From contig NW_025765758.1 of assembly GCF_003918875.1 (NCBI RefSeq), forward strand, positions 496,001 through 560,000: a stretch of 64,000 nt of DNA. The letters are read 5' to 3'. Numbering within the stretch: the stretch's first letter is position 1; every line of letters starts with the position of its first letter. The translations under genes and the position numbers were made by a program. The stretch comes from Haliotis rubra (Eukaryota). The notes beneath the pieces were generated by a model. That model did not search any database, had not been told where the DNA came from, and saw only the letters and a program-made list of their open reading frames with translations. Positions 11,786 to 25,180 of the stretch are shown piece by piece.

Positions 11786-14782
11786 CGTCAAATTACTATC
11801 TAAATATTTGACCGTGTCAAGCTCTTGTGTTATTGACGTGAAATATGTTATTAGATTCATTCCGGGAAAACAGTTGTTTAAATGTAAATAGGTTTTAATC
11901 ATAATAATTCTGCAATTTGACAGACCTTTGAATTGATCTCAAAGAAAGAGACTTCTGCTGTTCAATTGGATGAAAGAGTGATTATTGCTTAACGCCGTGT
12001 CTGCAATCATGCGACTATTCAAGGCAATCCTGAAATTAGACACTGAGCGCTTGATTTGCACATACAGAATAACTTGCTTGAAAATATTTATGCCACGCAC
12101 GTAAGTGTATTGAAACCAATGGCTACCTCAACCTGTCGAAGAGTAATGTATTGCTATTATAAAAATGACTTTATCTGGTCCCAGTTGTATGCCTCGTTGA
12201 GAATTGATAGGAGACCTGTCCTTCCCTGCCCTAAACAATCACGTATTCACTGAATGCACATCAGATCGCAACGCGCATTGGTGAAATACCAGTTAGATAC
12301 CGGAAGTCAAAACACTCGGGATGAGCGATGATGACGATGGCATTGCAGTATGGTGTCTGACGTCTTGGGTAATGCCCAGTCAGTGGAGATTCACTGCCGG
12401 CGTTTTACAGCAGTCCTTAAGAAGCATGACAATAACGGTCCTTGGGATAAGAGTTATCATTGTGAATTGCCCCTACACTACCATATTACTAGCGATAGCC
12501 TACACTCCTGGTCATGTGGACGTTAGGAGAACAGTCTGTGATTCGTATTAGTGTAGCACTTGTGGCTAGATTACCTTAACGTTGTGCCCTGACCTTATCA
12601 GACCCCCTCTGTGACTGCAGCTAACACACAAACTACCTGTCTGTTTCCTTGCCAACATTACAATGAAGGCAGTCTTGATCTCCACCCTAACTTTGTATTT
12701 CCTATTCGAGGTGATCTTTTAATGTACATACTGAGTACCACCATATTAAATATCAATTTTATACTAATTAAAGTGCATGCTATAGGTTGTATTATAACGT
12801 TCGCGAAGTCCTTGTTGGTTTAAGGATAATTATCCATTGTATTTCTTGCTCATAAAACTATAATTTCTGTGGATTGGCAGTGACCTTTGCTCCGCTTTCT
12901 GATCCCGATGTTTTATTGGCGACGCTGTGTGAACTTTAGGGTGCAGTGATACTCGCCGTGGCTTTGTGTGGGTGATGTAGTTTTCTTTGGAGAAAGCTAA
13001 AGACAGGATGTTGTTTTTAATGTTTAGTTGGAGATATGTGTGGTGTCTTGTGGCGATAGTTTGTTGTTTATGGTGTTGTGTTGGAGGTTTTGCACCTGCA
13101 AATGTTCTATGGAACATACAACTTTTTCCAATGTAATTTCCAGCTTTCTCTTGTTCAAAACGTCCGATTTTTGTTGAAGTAAGTAATTGACTTTCCTTTC
13201 CAGGTGTTTGTAACTGGTGCCACTTATTGGACAGCACAAGCTCACCCTTTCGAGAACACCTCTTACATGTTGCGTTTGTAGTGGTATTTTACCGTTGCTA
13301 TGTTTGTGGTCGCTTCTCGCGACATAAATTCTGTGTAATGACTCCTTGTAAAGCAGATATACTGTTTGACAACACAGCTATAGCTAATGACGTCTATACC
13401 TTATCACACTCATTTGCAGGTTTCCTACACAAGAGTATCATCTGGAATATTCATGACAGCACGTACTGCAACAATAAAGGAGAATATTATTACCATCTTG
13501 ACCGTCATTGTTTCTCTGGAACGGTTTAGATTACCGGAAGTAAGACGTGACATATCCACCAATCAGGATCTCATCACTGCAGAGTACTGTTGACTCAAGA
13601 ACTGAAAATAATAACCCTTCGATGTTACCTGTCGTGGCTAACGTTTGAGCCATTGTATCAGCAAAGTAGGTTGGTGCCTCATGTCATTGATTGATGATAT
13701 GAAAGATGTCTTTCAAAGGATCTACAAAGCACTTGGTATTAGTGTCCTTCCACCAGTGTGTGTCAAACACTGGCAACAACTCCTTTGGTAATACTGTTTC
13801 ACTACTGTCTCGATAATACATGGAGGCTATTTAATGGTGGCTGACATATGGATTCTTCATTATATCGTGTTGTTTTGCTATATCTGCTGTTTTCATTTGG
13901 GGCGTTGACACGACTTCAAACCAAAAAGAAATATCCACTTGCGTCCCTTTTAACACGATCTTGGTAAAAACTACTTGTTTGATGCATGAATCTCCACTCT
14001 TGGAGTTTCCGTCTGGTATCGTCTCTCTTAGTGCTACAGTCTGACAGCTTCATCAAGCACATTACAAACAAGTCTATTCACTGAACTAATTCTCTCTTTA
14101 TTCTACTGCCTCAAACCGAATTCTTGCTGACAGTTATCTCAACATCTTCTCGTCCTATTTTCATGTGAAGGTTCATCAAAACGTACTTTTACGAAAATGC
14201 CTTAGTGAAAGCTTCACTTCAATAATCTCCTGATGGGGTCCTTTGTGGGCATTTAGTTCTGATAAACGAAAAACTTCATCAGTACGGACATTCTAACACC
14301 ATTATCAGAAAGGCGCAATGGTCACTTGCTTGATTATGTATCAAGCGCTCTAAATCACTGACAAGTATATGCTTTATAGTGTTATAAGTATCTGCACCTG
14401 AGTTTTTTTTATCTACAACAACTTTCCCACGTGAAGCTCAGCTGTTTTGGTGTTCGGCCTAATTGTACAGCTGTGGTGATTCTCTTGTTTTGAACTATGC
14501 TTTCATTGATACAAAACATGGCAAACAATGGTCATTCACATCCATTAGTCATCTTAATTACAGGAACGTGACAAGTAGGGGCGTAAATGCATTTGGTCGA
14601 ATCATTATTTTTTCATTACATTTATGTGTCCATGTTGATAACCTTCATTTCATATTTAATTTTCATGCAAAATCATACATTGCTGCTCAGGACCAATCAC
14701 TTCCCAAACTGCCAAAGAGAAATCCTTCTGTTTCATCCAATTCGTGATTTACAGAAATAATCCAAACCTTTCTAACGAGCAG

Positions 14783-15530
14783 GTCACCTATCCTACCGAG
14801 TGTACTCAGTCAGGTCCTGTCACCTATCCTATCCTGTGAGGTTACTTGGTCACCATCCTGTCAGAGGGCCACCTATCCTGTCAGGTTTCAGGGCCACCTA
14901 TCCTGTCAGGTTACTGGGTCACCTATCCTGTCAGGTCCACCACCTATCCTGTGTTCACCGGACCACTTATCCTGTCAGGTGCTCAGGGCCACTTATCCTG
15001 TGAAGTTACTGGGTCGCCTATCCTGTCAGGTGTACCGGACCACCTATCCTGTCAGGTGTACCGGGCCACCTATCCTGTCAGGTGTTCAGGGCCACTTATC
15101 CTGTCAGGTGTTCAGGGCCACTTATCCTGTGAGGTTACTGGGTCACCTATCCTGGCAGGTGTACTGGGTCACCTATCCTGTGAGGTTACTGGGTCACCTA
15201 TCCTGTCAGGTGTACTGGGTCACCTATCCTGTGAGGTTACTGGGTCACCTATCCTGTCAGGTGTACTGGGTCACTTATCCTGTCAGGTGTACTAGGTCAC
15301 CTATCCAGTCAGGCGTACTGGGCCACCTATCTTTTGAAGTGAACCGGTTGATACTTCCTATCCTGTCTGGGACACTAGGTTAGACCACATATCCTGTCTG
15401 CGGTACTGGGTTAAACATCTATTCTGTTATGTGTACTGAGTTAGACCACCTATCCTATCGAGTGTATTGAGTCAGACCACCTATTCTGTCAAGTGTACTG
15501 AGTCAGACCACCTATTCTGTCAAGTGTACA
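14783..15530 (+). repeat. 26-bp minisatellite CACCTATCCTGTCAGGTGTACTGGGT grading into 31-bp units
   Basis: More than 20 tandem units read directly. Confidence 0.97.
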
Positions 15531-18242
15531 GTATTTTCAATCAAATTACTCGTAAGATGTCATTGTACTAAAATAGACATAACTGACCATGTCAAAGTCT
15601 TGTTTTATTGGCGTGGAATGTTTTATTAGATTCATTCTAGGAAAGTAATTATTGTAAATAGGCTTTAATTATAATCATTCTGGAAATTGACAGACCTTTG
15701 AATTGATCTTAAAGAAAGAGACTTCTGCTGTTAGAGTTAGTGAAAGAGTGATTATTGCTTAACGCCGTGTCTGCAATCATGTGGCTATTCGAGGCAATGC
15801 GGCGATTAGACACTGAGCTCTTGATTTACACATACAGAATAACCAATAGCTACCTCAACCTGTCAAAGAATAATGTATTATTATTATGAATCAGTTTATC
15901 TGGTCCCAGCTCTGTGCCTGAGTGAGAATTGATAGGAGACCTGTCCTTCCCTGCCGAAGCCAATCATGCTTTCACTGATGGCACACAGAGCACATTGATG
16001 AAATACCAGTCGAGCAGATACCGGAAGTCAAAACACTCAGGAGAAGCGAGGATGACGATGGCACCACAGTATGGTGTCTGACGTCTTGAGTAATGCCCAG
16101 TCGCTGGAGGTTCACTGCCGGCGTTTCACAGCAGTCCTAACGAAGCATGCACCGAGAGTAGATTGCTGACAATAACCGTCCTTGGGATAAGAGTTATCAT
16201 CGTGAATGGCCCCTACACTACCATATTACTAGCGATAGCCTCCACTCATGGCGATGTGGACGTAAGGAGAACAATCTGTGATTCGTATTAGTGTAGCACT
16301 TTTGGCTAGATTACCTTAACGTGGTGCCCTGACCTTATCAGACCCCCTCTGTGACTACAGCTAACATGCAAACTACCTGTCTGTCTCCTTGCCAACATTA
16401 CAACGACAGTCTTGATCTCCAAACTAGCTTTGTATTTTCTATTCGAGCCGATCTTTTAACGAACATACCGATTACCACCATATTCAAATATCAATTTTAT
16501 ACTCATTTATACTAATTAATGTGCATTCTATTGGCTGTACTATAACGCCCATGAGGTCCTTTTTAGTTTAAGGATAATTATCCCTTGTATTTCTTTCTAA
16601 CGGAGCTATCGTTTCTGTCGATTGGCGGTTAAGTTTTACTTTGCTTTCTAATCCCGAAGTTTTTTTGGCGATGCTGTGTGATCTTTAGGGCGTTGTGATA
16701 CTCGCCGTGGCGTAGTGTGGGCGTTGTGGTTTTCTTTGGGGAGAGCTAATGGAGGGATGTTCTTTGTGATGTTTAGTTGGAGTTTTTTGTGGTTTCTGGG
16801 TGCGATCGTTTGTTGTTTGTGATGTTGTGTTGAATATTTTATGACAGCTATGGTTGGTTTGTGTGGTGATGTGTTGGAGGTTTTGCACTTTCAAATGTTC
16901 TATGGAGAATACTTCTGATTATATATCTAAAATGTTTTCCAATGTAATTTCCTGTTTTGTCTTATTCAGCATGTGCGCTCTTTGTTGAAGTAAGTTATTG
17001 CCTTTCCTCTTCAGGTGTTTGGAACAGATGCTACCAATTGAACAGTACAAGCTCGGCGTTTCAAGAACACCTGCTACATGTTGCGTTTGTAGTGGTATTT
17101 TGCCGTTGCTATGTTTGTAGTGGCTTCTCCATACGTTAATTTTTGTATAATGACTGCATGGCGAGATTTTTAACCATGATGGTATGGTCTTGCAAAAGTC
17201 TTACTCAAACATGTTTAGGAGTGAGGATGTCCGCGAACCTGATGCATTACCCAGGCACAGGCAGGTGCGTGTCTATTAAATGTACATTTAGCATAACACG
17301 ACCTGCGTCGAATTCTTGTTGTATTTATCACACGATGTTCGTGTTGTTCTTCCATGGGACTTAACATTGGATGTCTCTCTTGTAAAGCGGTTATCCTGTT
17401 TGAAAACACAGCTATAGCTAATGACGTCCGTACCTTGACACAATCTTTAGCGAGTTTCCTATACAAGAGTATTACCTGGAATATTCATGACAGCATGTAC
17501 TGCTACAATGAAGGAGCAATTTATTACTGTCCTGACTGTCATTGTTTTTCTGGAACGTTTAGAATACCGGAAGTAGGACGTGACAACTCCACCAATCAGG
17601 TTATCATCACTGCAGAAAACTGTTGATTCAGGAACTGAGAATAATAGCCCTTCGATGTTATTAGTCGTGGCTAACGTTTCAGCACACTACTGTCCTTCCA
17701 CCAGTGTGTGTCATACACTGACAACAACTCCCTTGGTGATACTGTTTTATCACTGCTGTCTCGATCTTATAATGGAGTCTATTTAATTGTGGTTGACAAA
17801 TGCAGTGTTGTTTTGCTAGAGCTGCTGTTTCCATTTGCGGCGTAGACATGACTTCAAACCAAAAAGAAATATCCACTTGCGTTCCTTTAACACGATCTTG
17901 GTAAAAACTACTTGTTTGATGCATGAAACCCTCTCTTGGAGTTTCCGCTTTGTATCTTCTCTCTTACTGCTTCAGTCTGACAACTTCATCAAGCACATTA
18001 CAAACAAGTCACTTCACTACACACCGAATTCACTTATCTCAACATCTCTGCGGCCTTTTTCACATCTGAACTTACTTTTACGAAAATGCTTGAGCTTCAC
18101 TTCAATAATCCCCCAGATGTCTCACACCGAATTCTTGCTGGCACTTATCTCAACATCTCTGCGGCCTTTTTCATGTGAAGGTTCATCTGACCAGACTTAC
18201 TTTACGAAAATGCTTGAGCGCTTCACTTCAATAATCCCCCAA

Positions 18243-18820
18243 TGTCAGGTGTTCAGGGCCACTTATCCTGTCAGGTTACTGGGTCACCTATCCTGTCAGG
18301 TGTACCGGACCACTTATCCTGTCAGGTGTTCAGGGCCACTTATCCTGTGAAGTTACTGGGTCGCCTATCCTGTCAGGTGTACCGGACCACCTATCCTGTC
18401 AGGTGTACCGGGCCACCTATCCTGTCAGGTGTTCAGGGCCACTTATCCTGTCAGGTGTTCAGGGCCACTTATCCTATGAGGTTACTGGGTCACCTATCCT
18501 GTGAGGTTACTGGGTGACGTATCCTGTCAGGTGTACTGGGTCACCTATCCTGTGAGGTTACTGGGTCACCTATCCTGTCAGGTGTACTGGGTCACTTATC
18601 CTGTCAGGTGTACTAGGTCACCTATCCTGTCAGGCGTACTGGGCCACCTATCTTTTCAAGTGAACCGGTTGATACTTCCTATCCTGTCTGGGACACTAGG
18701 TTAGACCACATATCCTGTCTGTGGTACTGGGTTAAACATCTATTCTGTTATGTGTACTGAGTTAGACCACCTATCCTATCGAGTGTATTGAGTCAGACCA
18801 CCTATTCTGTCAAGTGTACA
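18243..18820 (+). repeat. 26/31-bp minisatellite array
   Basis: Same motif as 14783-15530. Confidence 0.97.
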
Positions 18821-21430
18821 GTATTTTCAATCAAATTACTCGTAAGATGTCATTGTACTAAAATAGACATAACTGACCATGTCAAAGTCTTGTTTTATTG
18901 GCCTGGAATGTTTTATTAGATTCATTCGAGGAAAGTAATTATTGTAAATAGGCTTTAATTATAATAATTCTGGAAATTGACAGACCTTTGAATTGATCTT
19001 AAAGAAAGAGACTTCTGCTGTTAGAGTTAGTGAAAGAGTGATTATTGCTTAACGCCGTGTCTGCAATCATGCGGCTATTCGAGGCAATGCGGCGATTAGA
19101 CACTGAGCTCTTGATTTACACATACAGAATAACCAATAGCTACCTCAACCTGTCAAAGAATAATGTATTATTATTATGAATCAGTTTATCTGGTCCCAGC
19201 TCTGTGCCTGAGTGAGAATTGATAGGAGACCTGTCCTTCCCTGCCGAAGCCAATCATGCTTTCACTGATGGCACACAGAGCACATTGATGAAATACCAGT
19301 CGAGCAGATACCGGAAGTCAAAACACTCAGGAGAAGCGAGGATGACGATGGCACCACAGTATGGTGTCTGACGTCTTGAGTAATGCCCAGTCGCTGGAGG
19401 TTCACTGCCGGCGTTTCACAGCAGTCCTAACGAAGCATGCACCGAGAGTAGATTGCTGACAATAACCGTCCTTGGGATAAGAGTTATCATCGTGAATGGC
19501 CCCTACACTACCATATTACTAGCGATAGCCTCCACTCATGGCGATGTGGACGTAAGGAGAACAATCTGTGATTCGTATTAGTGTAGCACTTTTGGCTAGA
19601 TTACCTTAACGTGGTGCCCTGACCTTATCAGACCCCCTCTGTGACTACAGCTAACATGCAAACTACCTGTCTGTCTCCTTGCCAACATTACAACGACAGT
19701 CTTGATCTCCAAACTAGCTTTGTATTTTCTATTCGAGCCGATCTTTTAACGAACATACCGATTACCACCATATTCAAATATCAATTTTATACTCATTTAT
19801 ACTAATTAATGTGCATTCTATTGGCTGTACTATAACGCCCATGAAGTCCTTTTTAGTTTAAGGATAATTATCCCTTGTATTTCTTTCTAACGGAGCTATC
19901 GTTTCTGTCGATTGGCGGTTAAGTTTTACTTTGCTTTCTAATCCCGAAGTTTTTTGGCGATGCTGTGTGATCTTTAGGGGCGTTGTGATACTCGCCGTGG
20001 CGTAGTGTGGGCGTTGTGGTTTTCTTTGGGGAGAGCTAATGGAGGGATGTTCTTTGTGATGTTTAGTTGGAGTTTTTTGTGGTTTCTGGGTGCGATCGTT
20101 TGTTGTTTGTGATGTTGTGTTGAATATTTTATGACAGCTATGGTTGGTTTGTGTGGTGATGTGTTGGAGGTTTTGCACTTTCAAATGTTCTATGGAGAAT
20201 ACTTCTGATTATATATCTAAAATGTTTTCCAATGTAATTTCCTGTTTTGTCTTATTCAGCATGTGCGCTCTTTGTTGAAGTAAGTTATTGCCTTTCCTCT
20301 TCAGGTGTTTGGAACAGATGCTACCAATTGAACAGTACAAGCTCGGCGTTTCAAGAACACCTGCTACATGTTGCGTTTGTAGTGGTATTTTGCCGTTGCT
20401 ATGTTTGTAGTGGCTTCTCCATACGTTAATTTTGTATAATGACTGCATGGCGAGATTTTTAACCATGATGGTATGGTCTTGCAAAAGTCTTACTCAAACA
20501 TGTTTAGGAGTGAGGATGTCCGCGAACCTGATGCATTACCCAGGCACAGGCAGGTGCGTGTCTATTAAATGTACATTTAGCATAACACGACCTGCGTCGA
20601 ATTCTTGTTGTATTTATCACACGATGTTCGTGTTGTTCTTCCATGGGACTTAACATTGGATGTCTCTCTTGTAAAGCGGTTATCCTGTTTGAAAACACAG
20701 CTATAGCTAATGACGTCCGTACCTTGACACAATCTTTAGCGAGTTTCCTATACAAGAGTATTACCTGGAATATTCATGACAGCATGTACTGCTACAATGA
20801 AGGAGCAATTTATTACTGTCCTGACTGTCATTGTTTTTCTGGAACGTTTAGAATACCGGAAGTAGGACGTGACAACTCCACCAATCAGGTTATCATCACT
20901 GCAGAAAACTGTTGATTCAGGAACTGAGAATAATAGCCCTTCGATGTTATTAGTCGTGGCTAACGTTTCAGCACACTACTGTCCTTCCACCAGTGTGTGT
21001 CATACACTGACAACAACTCCCTTGGTGATACTGTTTTATCACTGCTGTCTCGATCTTATAATGGAGTCTATTTAATTGTGGTTGACAAATGCAGTGTTGT
21101 TTTGCTAGAGCTGCTGTTTCCATTTGCGGCGTAGACATGACTTCAAACCAAAAAGAAATATCCACTTGCGTTCCTTTAACACGATCTTGGTAAAAACTAC
21201 TTGTTTGATGCATGAAACCCTCTCTTGGAGTTTCCGCTTTGTATCTTCTCTCTTACTGCTTCAGTCTGACAACTTCATCAAGCACATTACAAACAAGTCA
21301 CTTCACTTCTACTGTCTCACACCGAATTCTTGCTGGCACTTATCTCAACATCTCTGCGGCCTTTTTTCATGTGAAGGTTCATCTGAACTTACTTTTACGA
21401 AAATGCTTGAGCGCTTCACTTCAATAATCC

Positions 21431-22010
21431 CCTGTCAGGTGTTCAGGGCCACTTATCCTGTCAGGTTACTGGGTCACCTATCCTGTCAGGTGTACCGGAC
21501 CACTTATCCTGTCAGGTGTTCAGGGCCACTTATCCTGTGAAGTTACTGGGTCGCCTATCCTGTCAGGTGTACCGGACCACCTATCCTGTCAGGTGTACCG
21601 GGCCACCTATCCTGTCAGGTGTTCAGGGCCACTTATCCTGTCAGGTGTTCAGGGCCACTTATCCTATGAGGTTACTGGGTCACCTATCCTGTGAGGTTAC
21701 TGGGTGACGTATCCTGTCAGGTGTACTGGGTCACCTATCCTGTGAGGTTACTGGGTCACCTATCCTGTCAGGTGTACTGGGTCACTTATCCTGTCAGGTG
21801 TACTAGGTCACCTATCCTGTCAGGCGTACTGGGCCACCTATCTTTTCAAGTGAACCGGTTGATACTTCCTATCCTGTCTGGGACACTAGGTTAGACCACA
21901 TATCCTGTCTGTGGTACTGGGTTAAACATCTATTCTGTTATGTGTACTGAGTTAGACCACCTATCCTATCGAGTGTATTGAGTCAGACCACCTATTCTGT
22001 CAAGTGTACA
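21431..22010 (+). repeat. 26/31-bp minisatellite array
   Basis: Essentially identical to 18243-18820. Confidence 0.97.
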
Positions 22011-24597
22011 GTATTTTCAATCAAATTACTCGTAAGATGTCATTGTACTAAAATAGACATAACTGACCATGTCAAAGTCTTGTTTTATTGGCGTGGAATG
22101 TTTTATTAGATTCATTCGAGGAAAGTAATTATTGTAAATAGGCTTTAATTATAATCATTCTGGAAATTGACAGACCTTTGAATTGATCTTAAAGAAAGAG
22201 ACTTCTGCTGTTAGAGTTAGTGAAAGAGTGATTATTGCTTAACGCCGTGTCTGCAATCATGCGGCTATTCGAGGCAATGCGGCGATTAGACACTGAGCTC
22301 TTGATTTACACATACAGAATAACCAATAGCTACCTCAACCTGTCAAAGAATAATGTATTATTATTATGAATCAGTTTATCTGGTCCCAGCTCTGTGCCTG
22401 AGTGAGAATTGATAGGAGACCTGTCCTTCCCTGCCGAAGCCAATCATGCTTTCACTGATGGCACACAGAGCACATTGATGAAATACCAGTCGAGCAGATA
22501 CCGGAAGTCAAAACACTCAGGAGAAGCGAGGATGACGATGGCACCACAGTATGGTGTCTGACGTCTTGAGTAATGCCCAGTCGCTGGAGGTTCACTGCCG
22601 GCGTTTCACAGCAGTCCTAACGAAGCATGCACCGAGAGTAGATTGCTGACAATAACCGTCCTTGGGATAAGAGTTATCATCGTGAATGGCCCCTACACTA
22701 CCATATTACTAGCGATAGCCTCCACTCCTGGCGATGTGGACGTAAGGAGAACAGTCTGTGATTCGTATTAGTGTAGCACTTGTGGCTAGATTACCTTAAC
22801 GTTGTGCCCTGACCTTATCAGACCCCCTCTGTGACTACAGCTAACATGCAAACTACCTGTCTGTCTCCTTGCCAACATTACAACGACAGTCTTGATCTCC
22901 AAACTAGCTTTGTATTTTCTATTCGAGCCGATCTTTTAACGAACATACCGATTACCACCATATTCAAATATCAATTTTATACTCATTTATACTAATTAAT
23001 GTGCATTCTATTGGCTGTACTATAACGCCCATGAGGTCCTTTTTAGTTTAAGGATAATTATCCCTTGTATTTCTTTCTAACGGAGCTATCGTTTCTGTCG
23101 ATTGGCGGTTAAGTTTTACTTTGCTTTCTAATCCCGAAGTTTTCTGGCGATGCTGTGTGATCTTTAGGGCGTTGTGATACTCGCCGTGGCGTAGTGTGGG
23201 CGTTGTGGTTTTCTTTGGGGAGAGCTAATGGAGGGATGTTCTTTGTGATGTTTAGTTGGAGTTTTTTGTGGTTTCTGGGTGCGATCGTTTGTTGTTTGTG
23301 ATGTTGTTTGAATATTTTAAAGCTGTTGGTTTGTGTGGTGATGTGTTGGAGGTTTTGCACTTTCAAATGTTCTATGGAGAATACTTCTGATTTTATATCT
23401 AAAATGTTTTCCAATGTAATTTCCTGTTTTGTCTTATTCAGCATGTGCGCTCTTTGTTGAAGTAAGTTATTGCCTTTCCTCTTCAGGTGTTTGGAACAGA
23501 TGCTACCAATTGAACAGTACAAGCTCGGCGTTTCAAGAACACCTGCTACATGTTGCGTTTGTAGTGGTATTTTGCCGTTGCTATGTTTGTAGTGGCTTCT
23601 CCATACGTTAATTTTTGTATAATGACTGCATGGCGAGATTTTTAACCATGATGGTATGGTCTTGCAAAAGTCTTACTCAAGCATGTTTAGGAGTGAGGAT
23701 GTCCGCGAACCTGATGCATTACCCAGGCACAGGCAGGTGCGTGTCTATTAAATGTACATTTAGCATAACACGACCTGCGTCGAATTCTTGTTGTATTTAA
23801 CACACGATGTTCGTGTTGTTCTTCCATAGGACGTCCATACTGTTTGATCACTACTGTCTCGAATTTACTTCGAGTCTATTTAATTGTGGTTGACAAATGC
23901 AGTGTTGTTTTGCTAGAGCTGCTGTTTCCATTTGCGGCGTAGACACGACTTCAAACCAAAAAGAAATATCCACTTGCGTTCCTTTAATACGATCTCGATA
24001 AAAACTACTTGTTTGATGCATGAAACTCCACTCTTGGAGTTTCCGCTTTGTATCTTCTCTCTTACTGCTTCAGTCTGACAACTTCATCAAGCACATTACA
24101 AACAAGTCACTTCACTTCTACTGTCTCACACCGAATTCTTGCTGGCACTTATCTCAACATCTCTGCGGCCGTTTTTCATGTGAAGGTTCATCTGAACTTA
24201 CTTTTACGAAAATGCTTGAGCGCTTCACTTCAATAATCCCCTGATAGATTCTTTGAGAGCATTTCGAAATTGGATATGTTCTGATAAAAGAAAAACGTCA
24301 TTATAACGGACGTTCTAACACCATTATCAGGAAAGTGCAATTGTCACTTGCGTGATCATGGATCAAGCTTCAGGGAATGACAAGAACATGCTTGATTATG
24401 TTATGAGAATCTACACCTAAGTTGTTTATCTACAACTTTCCCACGTGAAGCTCAACTGTTTTGGTGTTTTGCTTAATTGTACAGCTGTGGTGATTTTCTT
24501 GTTTTCAAATATGCTTTCATTGATACTAAACATAGCAAACAATCCACATCCATTAGTCATCTTAAATACAGGAACGTGACGAGAAGAGGCGTTAATG

Positions 24598-24968
24598 CGT
24601 TTGGTCGAATCATTATTTTTCATTACATTCATGTGTCCATGTTGATGACTCCGTGATACAAAGGTGCTTGATAAGTAGCCATAGGCAACATGATAACGGG
24701 CATGTTTTCGACAAGATGCATTAGATTTTGTGCCATTACATTCATCCAGTATATTCCTCCAATGCGTCCAATAGGAAGAGTCGACCGACAACGCCATCCA
24801 TTGTATTCATCAAAAACATTTTGCAATAAACTGATCGAACCACCTCATCATGTCGCTTAAGATACTGTGTTTGTGCCAACGCTGACAAGGTGTGGACAGT
24901 CATAATATTCAATCCATAGCCTACATTTCATATTTAATTTTCATGTAAAATCACACATAGCTGCTCAG
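24598..24968 (-). mobile_element. R4/Dong-clade (RLE) non-LTR retrotransposon fragment (paralogs at 35528-35871, 14590-14775, 32005-32195)
   Basis: NMKCRL...LAQTQYLKRHDEVV (zinc knuckle followed by the RH motif); paralogs carry ETEGFLF and AAQDQSLP; absent from the equivalent site at ~44500. Confidence 0.75.
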
Positions 24969-25036
24969 TCACAGCTTCAAGCATGTTTTGAATGAACAAT
25001 AAATTTTTGCCACCCAAACATAACCTTTTTGGCCTA

Positions 25037-25180
25037 GGAGCGGTGGGGTAACCAAGTGGTTAAAGCTTTCGCCTGTTACGCTGAAGATCTGGGTTCGATT
25101 CCCCACATGGATTCAATGTGTGAAGCCTATTTCTGGTGTCCCCGACAGTGATATTGTTTCAATATGTCTAAAAGTGCGCA
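25037..25180 (+). mobile_element. tRNA-SINE family A, lacking its tail
   Basis: ggagcggtgggggtaaccaagtggttaaagc...gggttcgattccccacatgg...gaagcctatttctggtgtcccc. Confidence 0.85.

Noticed and set aside
14800-15383. ORFs with GHLSCQVY / TYPVR / PILSG repeats (also at 18242, 21516 and 32218)
   Set aside because: These are translations of the stop-poor 26-bp minisatellite; the unit length is not a multiple of 3
14783-15530. CRISPR-like appearance of the 26-bp repeats
   Set aside because: Units are head-to-tail with no unique spacers, there are no cas genes, and the context is eukaryotic
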